64,000 nt of DNA from contig NZ_JBBALR010000004.1 of NCBI RefSeq assembly GCF_040402895.1, positions 90,080 to 154,079 of the forward strand, given 5' to 3'. The stretch comes from Flavobacterium sp. (GTDB lineage: Bacteria > Bacteroidota > Bacteroidia > Flavobacteriales > Flavobacteriaceae). Below, piece by piece: positions 60,279 through 64,000 of this stretch. A program made the position numbers and the translations under genes. Below the pieces are notes generated by a model that saw nothing but the letters and a program-made list of their open reading frames with translations, ran no database searches and was not told where the DNA came from. The first letter of the stretch is position 1, and each line of letters opens with the position of its first letter.

Positions 60279-61676
60279 ATGAAAAAAAAATTATTTAAAA
60301 TTTTCAGTTCTTTTGCTTTAGTAGCATCTATTATCTTTTTTTCTTGTGAAAAAAATGAAGTTAATATTGACGAACATTCGCATGTAGATAAAAACAAAAT
60401 TTCATTCAAAGAATTTTTAAACAAAACTCAAATCAAAAAATTTAAATTTGAAATAAGCACAAATTCCTCAACAAACCAATCATTAGTCAATAGACAATCT
60501 AGCGATTTTATTAGTTTTGTTGTAGATACTACTTTAGTAAAACAACGTATTCAAATAAGTGGTAATTATACTTTTACATTACCAGTTATTCCTGTTCCTT
60601 ATCAAAACACCGAAAGTCTTTTCTATAATATTGTTTTTTACAAAGCAAATAATGCTTGGCAGTGGTCAGTTTTAGAATATCAAAAAGAAGGTAATAATGA
60701 ATTTAATGTAACAGAAATTGTTAATGACTTTAATCATAATGGTCTCGTAAACATGAGATTGCAAGGTGTTTGGGGTACAATAACAACATTCAATTGTGTT
60801 GGATGTAAAGGAGCTTGTGATTTATGCCCACTATGTGTTTCTACAACAACAACTTATGATTTAGCTACACTTGATGACCCTACTAGTAAATTTGAAATTA
60901 TTGAAGGTACAGGAAACAACAATAATGGAGCTACAAGTGTAAATGTAGGAATGGCTCTTGCAGATAATTTTGCAAATACTCAATTAACACCTGAGCAAAA
61001 ACTTATTTACGACTTAAACCCAAGTATAAGAGAATATCTTTCTAACAATAAAATTGTCGTTTCTAATCCAAATTACAATCCTCTGTTAGGCGGTGATCCA
61101 ACAATTGCTGTAATTGACCAGGATGCTGAACAGTTTGTGAAAGAGTTGATTGATTCAGAAATCAATGGAAATTTATTAAGTTTTTTTCCAACGTTTAAGT
61201 ACCCTGCGGGTAGTAATTACGCGACACAATATCCAAAATTAACCGAATATTTAAAAAATAAAATACCTGAACTTAAAAACAATCAATTTATTATTAATAA
61301 ATTAGTTCAATATTCAGAATTGAGTAGTCAACAAGTTATCAACGATTTAAAATGGGGTCAAGGTCCAACTATACAGATTGCTCAATTAGATAGTAGAGGA
61401 GTTAATTGTTATGGTATTTTTAGTTCGGCTACTCCAAATGTATTAACTATTGACATTGATTTTGTAAACCTTTTAGAAAACTCTACTCCAGGTCCAGAAG
61501 GAGATAGTTTAGCCTTTTTACTAGGTGTTACAATATTACATGAATATGTTCATTTAGGGGATTTTGTTGATGGTATAGATCAACCTGGTGAAGAAGGCCT
61601 GCTTTTTGAACAAGCTACATATGGTGAAACAATTTGGCTTAATAATGCTGGGGATGTTTTAATTAAATGGCAATAA
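60279..61676 (+). CDS. lipoprotein with Cys cluster and C-terminal zincin-like HExxH module
   Basis: Lipobox FFSC. CVGCKGACDLCPLC cluster. C-terminal LLGVTILHEYVHLGD (HExxH) about 50 aa from the end. Confidence 0.65.
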   Translation: MKKKLFKIFSSFALVASIIFFSCEKNEVNIDEHSHVDKNKISFKEFLNKTQIKKFKFEISTNSSTNQSLVNRQSSDFISFVVDTTLVKQRIQISGNYTFTLPVIPVPYQNTESLFYNIVFYKANNAWQWSVLEYQKEGNNEFNVTEIVNDFNHNGLVNMRLQGVWGTITTFNCVGCKGACDLCPLCVSTTTTYDLATLDDPTSKFEIIEGTGNNNNGATSVNVGMALADNFANTQLTPEQKLIYDLNPSIREYLSNNKIVVSNPNYNPLLGGDPTIAVIDQDAEQFVKELIDSEINGNLLSFFPTFKYPAGSNYATQYPKLTEYLKNKIPELKNNQFIINKLVQYSELSSQQVINDLKWGQGPTIQIAQLDSRGVNCYGIFSSATPNVLTIDIDFVNLLENSTPGPEGDSLAFLLGVTILHEYVHLGDFVDGIDQPGEEGLLFEQATYGETIWLNNAGDVLIKWQ

Positions 61677-61689
61677 AAAAAATAGAATT

Positions 61690-62073
61690 ATGAAAAAAAT
61701 ATTATTATTATCAATTCTTTTATGTTTTAGTTTTTACAACAAAGATTGTAGCTATTGCGAATCTTTGGAAAAAGTTTTAAAAAATAAAATTTTATTAGAT
61801 TTTCTACATATTGAAGAAAATAATAGAAGTGTCTTATATTTAGAAGAAAATAAATATTGTAACTTAAATAAAGTTATTTTAAAAAATTTATCAATAAAGA
61901 CTTTGTCAAAAAAAGAAATATCCAATAAAAAGAATGTTATTTTTATAGAAAATATTGAAATAACAGAAAAAGAAAAATACAAAATAATACTTTTTTATCC
62001 AATAGAAGGTGTATATTTTGAAGCATTCTTTAAAAATAAAAGTCTATATAAAATAGAAACTATTGAAAAGTAA
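61690..62073 (+). CDS. small secreted/lipo-protein, possible cognate partner of the upstream HExxH protein
   Basis: 127 aa with signal peptide MKKILLLSILLCFSF, starting 13 nt after the upstream stop. Lys/Glu/Asn-rich. Confidence 0.5.
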   Translation: MKKILLLSILLCFSFYNKDCSYCESLEKVLKNKILLDFLHIEENNRSVLYLEENKYCNLNKVILKNLSIKTLSKKEISNKKNVIFIENIEITEKEKYKIILFYPIEGVYFEAFFKNKSLYKIETIEK

Positions 62074-62097
62074 AACATTTCTTTCTTTAATAATACA

Positions 62098-62234
62098 ACC
62101 TACAACCGCAGTTTGTAGCAATAGCGGCTTTCGGGCAAAACTGAAAGTCGCTTTTTACTTGCAAAGTCAGTTTTAATTCGAAAATTTAGGCTTCCTTAAT
62201 CCGCCACATCGCCAAGCTGCAAAACGTTAAAAAA
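62098..62234 (+). repeat. attC-like GC-rich element E2
   Basis: Begins with CCTACAAC (62099-62106), the exact reverse complement of GTTGTAGG at 60220-60227. Ends with CCGCC-N5-CGCCAAGCTGCAAAACGTT (62210-62228). Confidence 0.45.
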
Positions 62235-62256
62235 ACTGTTTATGGCTACTCGCCAT
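62229..62256 (-). terminator. terminator of the minus-strand glycosyltransferase operon
   Basis: Hairpin ATGGC-TACTC-GCCAT (62242-62256). The minus strand then reads AAACAGTTTTTTT. Confidence 0.45.
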
Positions 62257-62275
62257 CTTTATATTTAAAAAAACA

Positions 62276-63037
62276 CTATTTATGCATAAACCAATTGGTT
62301 CCGTCATCAAAATAAGCTTTGAATTCTGAGTTTACCGGATCACCATGTAAAATTCGATTATTATAATTTTTCCGCATCATATAGTTAAAAGCGCCCATAT
62401 CGCCTGTAAAGGAAGTGGTATTATCAAAATTATAATTTTTATGAATTTGCCAAATTGATTCTAATAATGGTTTAATGGTTTGAATATGGCCACCAATAAT
62501 CCCACAATTTAATAAACTATTTGACTTGTTTGCCGCTTCAACAGCAACAAAATCTTTAATTCGACTTCTTAAATGAGATCCATGCTCGGACATCCATTCA
62601 TTATCCCATTTTGTGGGTTCATCACCACAAAATACAAAATCTGAATTAGCTATAAATAAAGGTTGTATAAATGGATTTTTTAACACTAAAACATCCGAAA
62701 CATCCGTTACAAAAAGCGATTCAATTGCATCCGAATATTTATGGATGAATTGGCTGTACACGCTATATCTAAATACATTTGGATTAAATTGAATATCGTG
62801 TGTTATTGTAACAAATAATAAATGTTCTGATTGATGTTTTAAAATAGTTTCTTCGGAAAAATTATTATGAAAAATGATTGCTTGAAGATTTAATTTTGAA
62901 ATGGAATTAGCCCATTTTTCAATAATTGAAAAATCGTCATCTAAAAGGATTTGGCTTCTATTTACGTCATAAACCCCTGAAATATGACAGCCTAATATTA
63001 GATTTTTTGCTAATGAAAAGTTTGAAGGTATTTCCAT
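62276..63037 (-). CDS. hypothetical protein, possibly a GT-A-fold nucleotide-sugar transferase
   Basis: 253 aa. DxD-like FVTDVSDV and NCGIIGGH. TAATG coupling to the upstream GT2 gene. Confidence 0.5.
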   Translation of the reverse strand: MEIPSNFSLAKNLILGCHISGVYDVNRSQILLDDDFSIIEKWANSISKLNLQAIIFHNNFSEETILKHQSEHLLFVTITHDIQFNPNVFRYSVYSQFIHKYSDAIESLFVTDVSDVLVLKNPFIQPLFIANSDFVFCGDEPTKWDNEWMSEHGSHLRSRIKDFVAVEAANKSNSLLNCGIIGGHIQTIKPLLESIWQIHKNYNFDNTTSFTGDMGAFNYMMRKNYNNRILHGDPVNSEFKAYFDDGTNWFMHK

Positions 63038-63681
63038 TAACTGAAATTATTCATTTTAACTTTTGCACTAATACTATTTGGATTATTTCTGTAATAAACA
63101 TAGGTTCTTAAATCTAATTTATCCACAAAATATAACTTTTCAGCACATTCATAAAAATGAGCATCTGCACCATACATATCTAAAAAATTTAAGCTTGTAA
63201 AAACTTCTTTTTTTCCAAAAAGTGTTGCAAACAAAATACAATCATCCACATGAATTACTTCATTTTTATTGAAACGATCCGGAACGTAATAATCTGATTC
63301 ATTATTTACAATAGTTTCTGTTGTAGAAGCAATCAAATCTAATGAATTTATCTCCGACAAGCATAATTCTAAATGATTTGGTTTGTACTCATCATCTGCA
63401 TCAATTACAGTTATGTATTCACTATTTGTTAGTAAAATGCCTCTATTTATAGATTCTGATTGACTGCAATTTTTATGTCGCAAGTAAGTCATTTTACTTT
63501 CATGTTTAATAACATAATCTAAAATTAAATTTTGAGAATCATTCGTACTTCCGTCATCAATAATTAATAATTCAAAATCTTGAAAAGTTTGGTTTAAAAC
63601 CGAATCTATTGCTCTTTTTATAATGTCAAATGGCGTGTTATACACAGCCATTATTACAGCCACTTTATTTTTGGTTTTCAT
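63037..63681 (-). CDS. family 2 glycosyltransferase
   Basis: Start set at MKTKNKVAVIMAVYNTP (GT2 N-terminus). FELLIIDDGS and VIDADDEY motifs. The ORF-track N-terminal extension is AT-rich and implausible. Confidence 0.8.
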   Translation of the reverse strand: MKTKNKVAVIMAVYNTPFDIIKRAIDSVLNQTFQDFELLIIDDGSTNDSQNLILDYVIKHESKMTYLRHKNCSQSESINRGILLTNSEYITVIDADDEYKPNHLELCLSEINSLDLIASTTETIVNNESDYYVPDRFNKNEVIHVDDCILFATLFGKKEVFTSLNFLDMYGADAHFYECAEKLYFVDKLDLRTYVYYRNNPNSISAKVKMNNFS

Positions 63682-64000
63682 AATTAAATTTATAAGTACA
63701 AAAATAGCATTAATAAATTTGTTATTTATTAAATAATTTTTAAATCTTAATAATCGAAAAAAAAATAATTGACATTTAACCAAATTTATACAAATAACTT
63801 ATTGTGTTTAATTTGGTATATTTATGGATAGCACAAAAGTTGGTATCATATAATCACTCAAGGATACTAAATTGAAATTTAGATCTTTATTTAAAGTTTT
63901 TTTGTACTTTTGATTACATTGCTTCATGGAAAGTATTGGATTACCAATTCCTAACTCCTTTAAAAGGTCGAAACACAAATTGTAATTGCAGGAAAAATAA

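Noticed and set aside
59313-60424. Minus-strand ORFs 59313-59534 and 60047-60424.
   Set aside because: The first is antisense to the coiled-coil gene. The second runs through the GC-rich E1 element and the start of the HExxH lipoprotein gene. Neither has supporting features.
1-64000. CRISPR arrays, IS elements, prophage genes and rRNA.
   Set aside because: I found no regularly spaced direct repeats of 25-40 nt, no transposase- or phage-like ORFs, and no rRNA-like GC-rich conserved blocks while reading the window.

Overview
AT-rich chromosomal segment that looks flavobacterial (Bacteroidota). The evidence is a T9SS C-terminal sorting domain, many TAnnTTTG -7 promoter boxes, bacillithiol genes bshB1/bshC and a type B L31. 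About 90% of the window is ordinary housekeeping DNA. It carries clpC (5'-partial), gcvT, the thrABC operon, hutH, a RimK fusion, M1 and S8 peptidases, sufABCD, rpmE, mtaB, a B12-type radical SAM gene, bshC, ndk, tRNA-Pro, folE and udk. It also carries mutA/mutB, lpxD, xerD, tRNA-His, a thioesterase-menF-bshB1 operon, purL, ettA, a PAP2-GtrA-GT39 envelope module, holA and glycosyltransferases. No rRNA, CRISPR array, IS element or prophage is visible. Several adjacent genes are coupled by 1-nt TAATG stop/start overlaps.

The most unusual region is an accessory islet at about 58.4-62.3 kb. Two GC-rich elements of about 135 nt, plus one degenerate copy, follow stop codons and share an identical 19-mer 3' core ending in AACGTT. 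Their boundaries show integron-cassette-type complementarity, but no integrase is in the window. The two cassettes hold a coiled-coil/2-TM gene broken by one in-frame TGA, and a lipoprotein with a C-terminal HExxH module followed by a small secreted partner.

Other points worth a second look:
- A heptanucleotide tandem repeat family (AGTCRAA / TNGACTT) at three gene boundaries.
- A 3-kb ELWxxDGT/T9SS gene wedged between mutA and mutB.
- A 59-aa DUF1272 ORF that is absent from the ORF track.
- A tRNA-His with two U-U mismatches in the acceptor stem.
- A radical SAM protein with CX4CX2C cysteine spacing.

All functional calls rest on motifs read from the translations. No database search was run.
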